DNA of 64,000 nucleotides from Antedon mediterranea (lineage: Eukaryota; Animalia; Echinodermata). Under the pieces are notes generated by a model that saw nothing but the letters and a program-made list of their open reading frames with translations, ran no database searches and was not told the DNA's origin. Below are positions 13,101 through 26,400 of the stretch, piece by piece (position 1 is the stretch's first letter; every line of letters starts with the position of its first letter). The stretch lies in contig NC_092673.1 in the NCBI RefSeq assembly GCF_964355755.1, positions 3,968,001-4,032,000 of the forward strand. The letters run 5' to 3'. Both the position numbers and the translations under genes were made by a program.

Positions 13101-16100
13101 ACAATACATCTTTAATACCTCAGTGTTGCTATCAACTGGATAGGGGAAGTGATGCAGTGAACCACGTTTGTCTCCGCACAAGATTCCCCTTCCGTACGGA
13201 AGCACAGCAGCTGTGGTAATCCAGCGTTGCCTTGATTCAGGAAGGAAGAACATCATGGATTTTGCAGCTGTCAGCTCATTTTCAGTCATACAGACATTCC
13301 ATAAAATCTGATAACAAACAAAATGCACATGTACAGTATAGTAATATTATTATTGAGGAAACACCTTCATAACCAAACAGGTGTCCCTGTAATCCCTTGA
13401 ATAGGGGTGTCCAAAGGGGGAGGATCTACCAGAACCAAACTGGCCTCCAACAACACACCACTAGAACAAAGCATCCTGGTAATAGGGGTATCCCTTGAAT
13501 AGGGTTGTCCAAAGGGGGAGGATCTACCAGAACCAAACTGGCCTCCAACAACACACCACTAGAACAAAGCGTCCTGGTAATAGGGGTAACCCTTGAATAG
13601 GGTTGTCCAAAGGGGGAAGATCTACCAGAACCAAACTGGCCTCTAACAACACACCACTAGAACATTTATGGACTCAGCAGCAGCAACATAGAATAACCTC
13701 AAATATGGTGAGAACTAAAGGGGCTAATCTACTTTTCTTTAATGAATGGTGTACAAAGTTGTACACTCAGGTATTTAAATAATAACATTATGTAGACCTA
13801 TGTATGAAGACAAACAAAATTTAAAATGTAGAATTGAAGTATTGGATGTGCATTTTGGTGTTTGGGACCAATAGCTTAATGTCTCATCTGTCAGATGTGG
13901 CAATGAGAGGACAATGATGGGTCTCACAACGTATCATTAGGAATTTGAACTGGACATGTTCTCTAGCCTAGACTAGAAAAATATGCCTTGGCCTACAAAC
14001 AAAGAAACAGTGTTATGTATAGAACATGTATATTCATATCACTGAACTCAAACACTTTGACTCACCAGTCGGCCCTCTGGTCCAGATGATACAAGCTTTT
14101 GATCATCAGCCCAACACAACCCAAGAACCTTGCTTTCAAATGCATTGGATAATTGCACATACTTGGGAGAACCTGTAAGGAATTTAAATGCAATTATTTT
14201 TTATTTTATTGTTTTAATAAAGGTATAAAGACATCGAAAAGGCGAGTATAATGTACACGCCTCCTGCAGGATTGGACATATGATGGTATAATCATTGCAA
14301 AATGGTGAATATGCTGAAACCATGATTAGTATGGCAGTGTATATAATTAATGTTATGATTGCTTACTTAGATGCACTATTTTAATGTCTCCGTGGATGTT
14401 ACCCAAGGCAACCAAGTGATGAGACGGTGACAAGGAAGTGATTCCATATGACCTAAATCTTGCATCATGGGTAATTATTCTCCATAACTTGGTCTTCAGT
14501 TGGTAACCCAATAAGTATCTAAAAAAAGATATGAGAAATTAAAATTAAGTCATTTTAAAATTCTAATATTTTTTACTAACAGTTACTAAAGATCTCTTTT
14601 AACACCCTAGTACAAGGAAATTAGTATAAAACATCTCAAAGACTCTTTACACAATTTCATATGTTGAGGTTGTCTTGGAATTTTATCAAGTTGTTGAACT
14701 TAAGGTCCAGGTGGAAACCTTGCCTTCTGTTTTAACAGACTTGTGGATTTGAAAATTTTTCGGGTGGCCATCGATAAAAACTGAAAATTATTTTTCAGAA
14801 TTCGACAACTTGGACAAATGACGTAATGTGTAATTCACATCCTCGCAAATCGAAAGCCTTGTAATAAACCATCTATAAGTCTAATCTAAACATACCCAGC
14901 ATTTGTCATTGTGATAACTTCAGCGTTGTTAGTTAACATAACAGTTCTTGCAAAATCATTCTTATCAAACCCATTATGAGTCTGAACGTAGTGTTGTAGA
15001 TGAATGCCCTCAACTGCTGCTAACTCTACATATACAAAATAAAGAACAGCAATATATCACTTTTAATCCTATATTTAATAGCCTAAACTGAATGACTATC
15101 TTTATTCAGAGAGTATTATAATGAGTCAATCAGGTTAAGCTAGCATTTGCCATTCAGTTTTTAGATTAAAGCCCTGTCTACACTATCAAACTTTATGTGA
15201 CAACAAAATTTGATGTGCCCATATGTGGACATGATGATGTCATATCACTACCATATTTTGGGCACATCACTACCATATTTGAGCACATCACACTTTTTTT
15301 TGTCAAACTAGTTTGATAGTGTAGAAAGAGCAAGAACTATTCACTGTCTTAGTATAGTAGGCCATGTGTGCATAAATGCAAACAAACGTTTCTTCGGTGC
15401 TCTTATCAAAATTGGCTGATGTGGTAAAATAAAAGTTCATGCATCTAGGACCATAATATAAATTTCTTTACGTTTCAGAACTGCTTCTGTGCTTTGTCAC
15501 TTACCATTGTGCGATTCACTATCCAAATACCATAGTCGTATACTGCTATCCCCACCACCAGTTGCCTAACAAAATACAATAAAGAGGCACATTCTTTTCT
15601 GTGTTAATAATATATCTTGCATGTGAAAACTATCTAATAAGCAAACCTGTCACTATATGGCATAATTAAAGAACAGATTGAAATAATAATTTAGTATAAA
15701 AGTAATAATTTAGTAGTAAGATTAGTCAAAATTAACAAAAAATGTTTGAAATTTGAATTGAAATTGAACTTACAATCATTGTTTCTTCTTTGTTGACTGC
15801 TAAACTCCAAATACTTCGACCCTAAAAGGTAAAACATTTAAAAAAATTTTATTCCAAATTATCTAACATGTTTACATTGTTTGCTAACTAATTGACAAGC
15901 ACTTACTAAAGGAATGAAGAAAAACAAAAACAAAAATGCACAAAAAAAAGTTTTTCACTCATTCATCAAGTTCGCTAACCTTATGACCTTTGAACTTATG
16001 TAGAATTTTCCCCTCATAGTTCCACACAATACAAGTTGCATCCTAATATAAAAGAACAAAATATGAATACACCATACAAAAATGTACATACAAAATTATC

Positions 16101-19100
16101 ACTGTCAAGATAACTTTTTGTATCGATTTATTCTTACATACCTCTCCTATGCTAATTATGTTTTTACTGAGCAGTCGGGCAGCCCACACTCTAGCGCTAT
16201 GGCCATACATCACTAGCTTTGCATCGTTCAACACTGGACTGGATGGACAATCCAGCGATTCAACTGGCCATAATCTGATACTGCGATCATCTGACACAGA
16301 ACATAGAATTTTATGAGTGAAGCTGTATTGGACATTGAATATCACACCCTAAATAAAAACAAATAGTTTTAGTGTAAAGCTCTGTCTACACTATCAAACT
16401 GTAATGTGATTTACCCATATATGGATATGATGATGTCATATCACTACCATATTTGGGTATACCACTACCATATTTGGGCACATCACATTTTTGTTGTCAA
16501 ACTAGTTTGATAGTGTCGACAGAGTTAACAGACAAAGTAGTTTTGGTTAATAATCATATTGCAGTATGAATTGACAACACATTTTGCCTCTTAACTTTAC
16601 TAAACTAAAGGTAAGAACTAGACATGAAACTCGTCACTTTGACGAGTTAGTTATCCGCTCAACAAACGCCACGTGCACGTCATACGTTAGAATATTGCAC
16701 ACAGAAAAATATTAAGGCATTATGACCTGAACTAAAGAATATGATATGTTGTTATTTCTGAATTCTGTTATTTTGTGTCATATACATAGTATACAGAGTA
16801 CAATCTGTAAACATATCACAAACAGTGTAAAATAGGTGAAATTACGGGACCCGTATTTTATTGTAATTTTTAACATCTTGACGGTTTCAAAATGAAATGC
16901 AAAAGTAGAAATTTCAGAATGAAATTATCTCAGCAACAACATATTAACGTGTAGAAGAAATTGGAATACGTGAAATATTGATGCGCGCTCTTTTAAATGT
17001 AATGAAATATAACGCAAAAGATGAAAATACGACTTTTTGTATTTAACTGGCCATATGATAACGTCACAACATTCGATTGGCAAAATTTTCACATGATTTT
17101 GTATCTACTATACAATAGCTTCCTGAAAACGTTTTAATCGTGATTATCACATTTTATTCTTACGAGCTATAACAGATTAAAATTTACTGTAAAGATGAAA
17201 TTAATGACCAACGCAATTTAAATTTTTAGGCATGATGACGTTAAAAAAATTAAAAAATTTTTAATTCATGCAAAAGATAGTTGATTGACCTAGAATATAT
17301 TACAATCGGGGTGAAAATGGACAACGAATAAGTGGAGATGCGCTCTATTAAATGTGATGAGCTATGACGAAAGAGACAAAAATCCTATATTTTATATTCG
17401 CGTGGCCATACGATGACGTCACAATGTTCGGTTAGCCATATTAATGCATGATTCGATATCTACAACTCATCAACTTCCAGAATATGTAATTTAAAAAAAA
17501 GTTCTCCATGTAGTTTAGAATCTATGACTGTTTAAAAATAGGCATAATTTTGACGAATTTTTGAACTTTTTCACCAGAAACGCGTGCAAATTATTTAATT
17601 CGACGTGCTCGTATGACGTAATTTTAAGTCGAAATTGTTTAAAAGTTGGTAACATTACTATAAAAGGCTGAAAAAACATAAATCACGCGAAAAAAATATG
17701 TTTTTAACGCTACGTGTGTACCGTGTGCGTAAAAAGTTTCGCGCGCGTGGGAATTTTTGACATGCTCAAAATGACATGAAACGCATAGAAAGTTGATTAG
17801 AAGTTGATTTTTCGCACTCTAAAATTTTAAACGCGCGTGCGCGCGTAACTTTTTGTGAAACATGCTATTTTTAATCCATAGAAAGTTTGCGCTTGATGTG
17901 ACTTAAATTTTCACAAAGTGTCAAAACAAAATTATGTTTCGTTTTTAGTCTATGATCAATCATTGAAATTCATAAAATCGCGCGTAAGTCACGTTGCGCA
18001 ACTCTGACGTCATTCAAAAATAGGAGGTGCACAAGTTCACGTAAATGTCGATATGTTGACAAAGTTACGATATGTTCTGTTAACACGTTTTAGAGAAACG
18101 CGACGCACAAAAATGACAGAAGGAAAGAAGTATAATACAGAAAAAACTAGATTTGAACTCGTCACGTTGACGAGTTAGGCTATCGCCCAACGCATCGTAA
18201 CACGCACATGTTATTTATTATGCTTAGTCTACTATAGGCTGCACTACAACGATTGTAAAGAACAGCTGGAATACATCAAAATCGTTTAATAAGTGTCAAC
18301 AGTTGACGGTATTAGCATTGTAAACGGTTTAGTTGACGGTTATTTTTTATTTTACACCACTCACGTTTATTCAATTGTTTGAAAATGATGACCTTCTCAA
18401 ATTAAAAAAAAAAGTTCATAAGTCTAAAAAGGAATTATTTTAGTAATAAAATATTGAAAATTGGAAGAAAATTGATAACGTTTACGCGGTATGCGCTCTA
18501 TTGAATGTGACAAACTGTGTCGAAAGAGACAAAATCTCTATATTTTACATTTGTGTGGCCATACGATGACGTCACAACTTCCCAGAGGTAAAAATTTTGC
18601 ATGAATACATATCTACAATATATCTGCTTACATATTAGGTTAAAAAAATTGGGGGTCACCAGACATCCCGGAGAGCTATAATCGATTCAAAATAGGCATA
18701 TTTTTACACAAATTTGCATAAAATTACCAATTTTCAAGCGCACGATTTTTAAAGTTTGACGTGCACGTGTGTCATTATTTTGCATTCATAATTCATCAAA
18801 TATGAAAGAAATATATCATAAAACTATGAAAAACAATAATCAAGCGCAAAAACGGGCTTTCTAGGCTGCGTACGAGCGAAGTGCGCAATAGCGCGCGCGC
18901 AACGCAAATTTTTTTGAAAAATGTGAAATGCTTAAAATGTCCTGAAACGTGTAGAAAGTTGATTAGAAATTGATTTTGAGCATTTTTAACTTTCAAAGCG
19001 CGCGTACGCGCGATTTGACCAATGTTCAAAATTTTGCTGATGATACAGGAAGATGACCCTTGACATGAAGCATGCGTGTGTCAAGTGGTATTTAAAAATA

Positions 19101-22100
19101 GCTATTGGTTTTCAAGTTATAGTCAATCTAAGAATTTCAGAAAATCGCGCGTAGTTACGCTACGCGACCATATTTTCATTAAACCAAAGTTTGTTGCACA
19201 ACTACATATATACGTGCATCTGCTGGCCAAGTTACAACATAACTGCTACCGCCGTTTTTGAGATCTGCTGCGCACAAAAATTGAGCAGAAAAAATGAAAT
19301 TTGTGACAATAACAATAGGCTATCGCTCTCTGTAGAGCGATAGCCTAAAAAAAAAATATGATGAAACAGGACGATTACAAGGAGTTATCCGCTACTAAGC
19401 GGATAACTAATTACCTCATGACCTGTACATCTAAGGTCAGGTACCACTCTCCCTTCCTTACTCCTCCCAGAAGCAGGTCGCCATAGTAACACTTGGTTGA
19501 ATACTGTACCAGCAAATAAAGCTAATTGTGACCAACTTTTATTGACAAAGCTAGCAGAGTATCTAGAATATCTTTGTTAAAGAAAATCCAATATTTATAA
19601 TAAGGGCGTTAAAAAAGAATAAATATATGTCAATGTATTTGTAATGTAACAGTTCTTGGTTTACTGAAAACTAAATTAATTTAGATAACAGGCTCTATGG
19701 CCCCCCATTGCAGTACCTAGCACAAAGGTAGACAATTACATGAGCTTTTATATACTCATGAGAATACAGATAACACAGGTGTGTCTCGAACTGATGTCTT
19801 TTAGTTGGTACCACCAAAGATTAACAGTTGATTACTTAGACACTGTATTGAGACATTGATAGTCAACTTTCTCATTACCAGACACCCTAATGTTGAAGAC
19901 AGGCCGATTTTCTTTAAAAAATACTATTAAATACATAAATCTCTTTATTCATCTCATAAACAAACAAAAACAAGTGAGGAGTAAAACGTGTTTTAAACGA
20001 TGAAAGGGACCTCCAAGAAACCCCAAGGGGCTTGTGATAGGAGGCCCACTAAAACTATCCTAAAGCCATGTCTACACTATCAAACAAAACAAATGTGATG
20101 TGCCCATATATGGACATGATGATGTCATATCACTACCATATTTGGGAATATCACTACCATATTTGGGAATATCACTACCATATTTAGGCACATTACACCT
20201 TCTTTGTCAAACTAGTTTGATAGTGTAGACAAAACTTTAGGCTGGTTTTTAAGAAATTCTGGTATTCCAAATGTTTTGAATAATTGGGACCTTTTGGGAG
20301 AGTTTCTCATTTTCAGAAAATCCTGTACTGTATTGGGAGACAGAGTCGAGTGTATTTATTAATATCCTGTTTGATTTTCTGATGTATCTATAGTTTATCT
20401 CTGTGTCTATTTTTTCAGCTGCCAAGTAATAAAGTTATGTTAACAGGATGTGATCATTACTAAAAACAAAAACCTTTAAAGATGTATTGTCCCCCTAAAA
20501 AAATAATTTTTTTAATTTTGTTTGTTGAATATGCGATTTAATCTCACATAATAGTTATCCACTTTGACCAAAAATTAAACACAATTTATTTACCTGAAAA
20601 AAATGTAATTTAAAGTATAAAAAGGTCAAATTGGCTGCCAGTCAATGGATTTTTGGTTGAATGTATTATTTATTATGTTATTTTATAAGTGAAAACATTT
20701 TTTGGGGGACAATACATCTTTAAATTTGTGTGCAGTGAAATTCAGTGATAAATAAAAATAAAATTGTTAATAAGTGGGCTACCATTCTTCCACAGTTTTT
20801 TTAAAATTCAAATTGTATAGCAACCTTTCCACCCACATATGGGAACAGTTTGGTGGAACATGGTAACAACGGTGAACATTGGCACACAGTAGAATAGTAC
20901 AGATGGCACAGTGTTGTGGATTACAAATGATACACCCTCATATTTTTTGCATTAATTGTAAATTTTGTATAGATATAGAGAGACACGCCCTGTAGCTGTT
21001 GTCTCCTTAGAACTCCTTCATGTTTCATTAAACGAAAGGAATAAATGAATAAATATTTATCACGAGTCCACAGGAATCTGTAAAGAAGTGCAACTAAATA
21101 TTAATGGATACAAAATACACTTCTCTTCGCAATGTACTTGCTCAATCAGTATGCCTTGTTTCCAATCCCATAATTCAACTGAGTTATGGCCCAATGCTAC
21201 AGCAATATGGTTTGCATTGTCCAAGCACTGTATGTCCCATATCCAATCGCTCAATTCTCGAACATCCATTTCAAATTGAACTCTAAAATATAAAAATTGA
21301 TGAAAATGAAACAACGTTAATTTTAATTAAATAAATCAATAATTGATGAGAAAATGTGACGTGAAAAAGGCTCTTTAGATGAAACCTATGTTTTCTTTGC
21401 TGATGCTTTTATGGTACAAGTATTATGTGTTTGCCATTATTATTATTGCCCATTATTTGTACACTTGTATTGTATTCATTTGCTGACATATGACCATTTG
21501 CACATTAAGGCTGGCTGGATACATGCAATTGAATTTAGATATTAGTTCAAAAGTTGACTATATTATAAGGGTGGCTGGTTTAAGTGACTTAATACAGATT
21601 AGATATGCTTAAATGTGATACTCTTTTCACAATAATAATATTTACGGTATACTTTATTGAATTTTAACTATTGTAATATATTTTTTACTGTTTTTATGTC
21701 GTTTGTATTGTTGAGGGCCCCTCAAAATCAGCTTACGCTGGCTGGGTTGCCCTCTTTATTTTGAAATATTATTTATTTATTTATTCAACAATATTTCAAA
21801 ATAAACTTGAAAATGCCAATTTTTTCATGTAGGATAAACCAAAAACAACAACATAAATGCTTTATTCAGATATTAAAGAGAAGAAGTTTGTCACAATTTC
21901 AACTTGCGATCTTTAATACGTACCTACAAGTATTTAGTTCAGAATTCCAGGATATTGACAGCATGCGGAATGCTTTCTGTCCAAATATAACAAAAACATT
22001 TTCATGACCTGTATATATAAAAGAAAATTAATTTGCAGATCTTAGGAAAAAGGGTTTGTATTTAAGTATTAATTATTAATTCTCTAATTCATTCAGTGTA

Positions 22101-22712
22101 ATTCATAATTCTACATATTCTCATACCTGTACTCTGCATAGTCGCTTGGACTAGGCTATCTCTGTCTACACTATAAAACTTTATGACAAAAAAATGTCAT
22201 ATACCATATATGGACATGATGTTATATCACTACCATATTTGAGCACATCACACTTTTTTTTTCCAAGTTTGATAGTGTAGACGGAGCTTAACGCTGTTTA
22301 ATCCACGACTTTTCAATTATTAATTAATTTTCGATTATTATTATTAATTAATACTACTCACTGTGTCTTATACCATGAATTCTCTGGCTTGTAAAGATCT
22401 TCTGGGATGTAATCTTGTTTTGCGTTTTAGTGTCGTAAATATTGAGATAAGGTCCTTCACCTAAATTTTTTTTTAAAGTAAAATAAAGTAGAGTAGAATG
22501 GTAAATATTGAAATAAGAACCGGAAAGTTATGAAATATAGAGCCACCTCGAAAAAGGTAACATTTAAAAAGACTAGATGACAAAAACCGACCTGTAATTA
22601 AATATGGACCATTATAAAGTAACGCTGTAATTGGTGCAATCAATAAATCTGTTGTCATGGTGATGGTTTCCATACCAGTTTCTTGATTGGATGACATTTT
22701 TTGGCATCGCAT
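7146..22712 (-). CDS. WDR6: WD repeat-containing protein 6 (tRNA 2'-O-methyltransferase regulator, Trm734 homolog), ~24 coding exons
   Basis: Exons give WDR6-typical segments: LLIAPITAL..GEGPYL, SDWIWD, EEKCILYSA..GTVFNQVLLW, GHEGVIF..SVSDDRSIRLW, YGHSARVW, GHKGRSIWS, ATGGGDSSIRLW, CGDKRGSLH, CGGGHRTW, LHGRELTC, ATGSEDT, HISSVR, FSVGGR, DPDTRYM, HQSGIN, ASGGDDNAI, SSIDQRL, HGQGFQ. Stop TGA at 7148-7146. Start Met uncertain (22712, 22697 or 22673). Confidence 0.9.
7511..8478. mobile_element. Asymmetric hairpin element (~200-nt terminal foldback plus short inverted repeat)
   Basis: Palindrome 7515-7708; TATTATATAGCC (7711-7722) inverted at GGCTATGTAATA (8467-8478). Confidence 0.6.
12159..12305. 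mobile_element. MITE family A copy
   Basis: Same TIRs and CCCAAATATGGTAGTGATATG core. Confidence 0.8.
13394..13664. repeat. ~98-bp tandem repeat, ~2.7 copies
   Basis: CCCTTGAATAGGG..GTCCAAAGGGGGAGGATCTACCAGAACCAAACTGGCCTC repeated at ~13394, 13492 and 13590. Confidence 0.85.
15170..15332. mobile_element. MITE family A copy
   Basis: Same TIRs and core. Confidence 0.8.
16378..16525. mobile_element. MITE family A copy
   Basis: Same TIRs and core; TAA flanks. Confidence 0.8.
16616..19410 (-). mobile_element. Helentron-associated (DINE-1/HINE-like) non-autonomous element, outer copy
   Basis: subTIR TTAGTTATCCGCT near both ends, adjacent inverted repeat at 19383-19410, terminal stem-loop CTCGTCA-CTT-TGACGAG plus CTAG, no TSD. 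Confidence 0.7.
18145..19348 (-). mobile_element. Helentron-associated element, inner copy nested in a related element
   Basis: Same architecture: subTIR TTAGGCTATCGC, palindrome at 19316-19348, stem-loop CTCGTCA-CGT-TGACGAG; inserted in an A-run. Confidence 0.7.
20064..20236. mobile_element. MITE family A copy
   Basis: Same TIRs, with an extra 21-bp internal repeat. Confidence 0.75.
20480..20719. mobile_element. TTAA-flanked MITE family B (Kolobok/piggyBac-like)
   Basis: TTAA|AGATGTATTGTCCCC ... GGGGACAATACATCT|TTAA; relatives at ~12800-13030, 41539-41874 and ~55692-55975. Confidence 0.75.
22160..22288. mobile_element. MITE family A copy
   Basis: Same TIRs and core. Confidence 0.75.
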
Positions 22713-23479
22713 TTGGAGAGCCTCAGGTATTGGAGTGAGCTATTATACTATTATTACAAGGCTCAACTGTTTATCTGCTGTGGTTAAAAGAATTAGTTAC
22801 ATTTCAAGACAAAACACACGATATTTAGGCATATTATTATTAGTTCAAAATTAATTAAGATATAATGCTACTCAGATAATCAATAATTATTAATTATTCT
22901 ATATATAGCTAGGTATTCCAAGGGTGCAGAAAAGGGAGTGCATTGTTTTTTGCAAGAGCCATAAGCAAAATTTGTCACACTCCCCATCATCAGCCTATGC
23001 AATATAAAGAGGTACTCATATAAATTCAGCCTAAATATGTCCCCCCCCCCCCCCCTTCTCTGTAGCCTAGCTAGGCCTAGCCTAGTAGTACTAGGCTACT
23101 TACTAATAATTGGAGTGGTGGAGCCCTCCTCCTCACTCGGCGGGCCTAGGCCTAGCCTAGCTGGATAGTCTCCTACACTTTTATTTGTTGTGTTGTTCTG
23201 CGCATTATATGTGCTTTATGAGTAGCTACTGATGTATTGATACTATAGATATGCTATAATATTACAATATTACAAAAAAACTGCTGGGCATAAACTACCT
23301 ACCACCATCATTCATGTACTACCACCACCGCTTGTGTCAAGCTAGCCAACAATAAGCCAGCCAACAATAAGCCAGCCCACTTTTATTTTTTCCAGCCAAC
23401 AATAACTATGAAACGCCGTTTGTGCATTCTTTACATTTTCATTGTTACTTATGGCTTTTATGGTATTAGGAATTAAATA

Positions 23480-26400
23480 TTTGTGAGAAAAACGGCGGAT
23501 TGTTCCTGGGATTCACTAGGTGGGATTATACTAGGGTACCCCCTTAGTCGTCCAGTATAAGTTAGAATGGGACCAATGGTGCCGTTTACTCAGCCCTCAT
23601 CTTTAAAATTTGAGTGTAACTCAATTACAATTTTTAAAATATAGTTATATTTGAAACTGTATTTGTGAGAAAATGGCGGATTGTTCCTGGGAGTCACTTG
23701 GTGGGATTATACTAGGGTACCCCCTTAGTCGTCCAGTATAAGTTAGAGTGCGACCACTGGTCCCGTTTACTAAGCCCTCATCTTTAAAATTTGAGTGTAA
23801 CTCAATTACAATTTTTAAAATATAGTTAAATTTGAAACTGTATTGGTGAGAAAATGGCGGATTGTTCCTGGGAGTCACTTGGTGGGATTATACTAGGGTA
23901 CCTCCTTAGTCGTACACTATAAGTTAGAGTGGGACCACTGGTACCGTTTTTACACAGCCCTCATCTTTTAAATTTGAGTGTAACTCATTTACGATTAAAA
24001 AAATATAGTGAAATTTGATACTGTATTTGTGAGAAAATGGCGGATTGTTCCTGGGAGTCACTTGGTGGGATTATACTAGGGTACCTCCTTAGTTGTCCAG
24101 TATAAGTTAGAGTGGGACCACTGGTTCCGTTTACTCAGCCCTCATCTTTAACATTTGAGTGTAACTCATTTACGACTTTAAAATATAGTGAAATTTGATA
24201 CTGTATTTGTGAGAAAACGGCGGATTGTTCCTGAGAGTCACTTGGTGGGATTATACTAGGGTGCCTCCTTAGTCGTCCAGTATAAGTTAGAGTGGGACCA
24301 CTGGTCCCGTTTACTCAGCCCTCATCTTTTAAATTTAAGTGTAACTCATTTACGATTTTAAAAATATAGTGAAATTAGATACTGTATTTTTGTGAGAAAA
24401 CGGCGGATTGTTCCTGGGAGTCACATGGTGGCATTATACTAAGGTACGTCCTTAGTCGTCCAGTATAAGTTAGAGTGCGACCACTGGTTCCGTTTACTCA
24501 GCCCTCATCTTTTAAATTTGAGTGTAACTCAATTACGGTAAAAAAAGTTAAAATATAGTGAAAATTGATACTGTATTTGTGAGAAAATGGCGGATTGTTC
24601 CTTGGAGTCACTTGGTGGGATTATACTAGGGTACGTCCTTAGTTATCCAGTAGAAGTTAGAGTGGGACCACTGGTCCCGTTTACCCAGCCCTCATCTTTA
24701 ACGTTTGAGTGTAACTCAATTACGATTAATATTTTAAAATATAGTGAAATTTGATACTGTATTTGTGAGAAAATGGCGGATTGTTCCCGAGAGTCACTTG
24801 GTGGGATTATACTAGGGTACCTCCTTAGTTGTCCAGTTTAAGTTAGAGTGGGACCACTGTTCCCGTTTACTCAGCCCTTATCTTTAAAATTTGAGTGTAA
24901 CTCATTTACGATTAATATTTTAAAATATAGTGAAATTTGATACTGTATTTGTGAGAAAATGGCGGATTGTTCCTGAAAGCCACTTGGTGGGATTATACTA
25001 GGGTACCCCCTTAGTTGTGCAGTATAAGTTAGAGTGGGACCACTGGTCCCGTTTACTCAGCCCTCATCTTTAAAATTTGAGTGTAACTCATTTACGATTT
25101 TTAAAATATAGTAAAATTTGAAACTGTATTTGTGAGAAAACGGCGGATTGTTCCTGGGAGTCACATTGTGGCATTATACTAAGGTACGTCCTTAGTCGTC
25201 CAGTATAAGTTAGAGTGCGACCACTGGTTCCGTTTACTCAGCCCTCATCTTTTAAATTTGAGTGTAACTCAATTACGGTAAAAAATTTTAAAATATAGTG
25301 AAAATTGATACTGTATTTGTGAGAAAATGGCGGATTGTTCCTTGGAGTCACTTGGTGGGATTATACTAGGGTACCTCCTTAGTTGTCCAGTAGAGGTTAG
25401 AGTGGGACCACTGGTCCCGTTTACTCAGCCCTCATCTTTAACGTTTGAGTGTAACTCAATTACGATTAATATTTTAAAATATAGTGAAATTTCATACTGT
25501 ATTTGTGAGAAAATGGCGGATTGTTCCTGGGAGCCACTTGGTGGGATTATACTAGGGTACCCCCTTAGTTGTGCAGTATAAGTTAGAGTGGGACCACTGG
25601 TCCCGTTTACTCAGCCCTCATCTTTAAAATTTGAATGTAACTCATTTACGATTTTTAAAATATAGTAAAATTTGAAACTGTATTTGTGAGAAAACGGCGG
25701 ATTGTTCCTGAGAGTCACTTATTGGGATTATACTAGGGTACCTCCTTAGTTGTCCAGTATAAGTTAGAGTGGGACCACTGGTCCCGTTTACTCAGCCCTC
25801 ATCTTTAAAATTTGAGTGTAACTCATTTACGATTTTTAAAATATAGTGAAATTTGATACTGTATTTGTGAGAAAACGGCGGATTGTTCCTTGGAGTCACT
25901 TGGTGGGATTATACTAGGGTACCTCCTTAGTTATCCAGTAGAAGTTAGAGTGGGACCACTGGTCCCGTTTACCCAGCCCTCATCTTTAACGTTTGAGTGT
26001 AACTCAATTACGATTAATATTTTAAAATATAGTGAAATTTGATACTGTATTTGTGAGAAAATGGCGGATTTTTCCCGAGAGTCACTTGGTGGGATTATAC
26101 TAGGGTACCTCCTTAGTTGTCCAGTTTAAATTAGAGTGGGACCACTGTTCCCGTTTACTCAGCCCTTATCTTTAAAGTTTGAGTGTAACTCATTTACGAT
26201 TAATATTTTAAAATATAGTGAAATTTGATACTGTATTTGTGAGAAAATGGCGGATTGTTCCTGAGAGCCACTTGGTGGGATTATACTAGGGTACCCCCTT
26301 AGTTGTGCAGTATAAGTTAGAGTGGGACCACTGGTCCCGTTTACTCAGCCCTCATCTTTAAAATTTGAGTGTAACTCATTTACGATTTTTAAAATATAGT

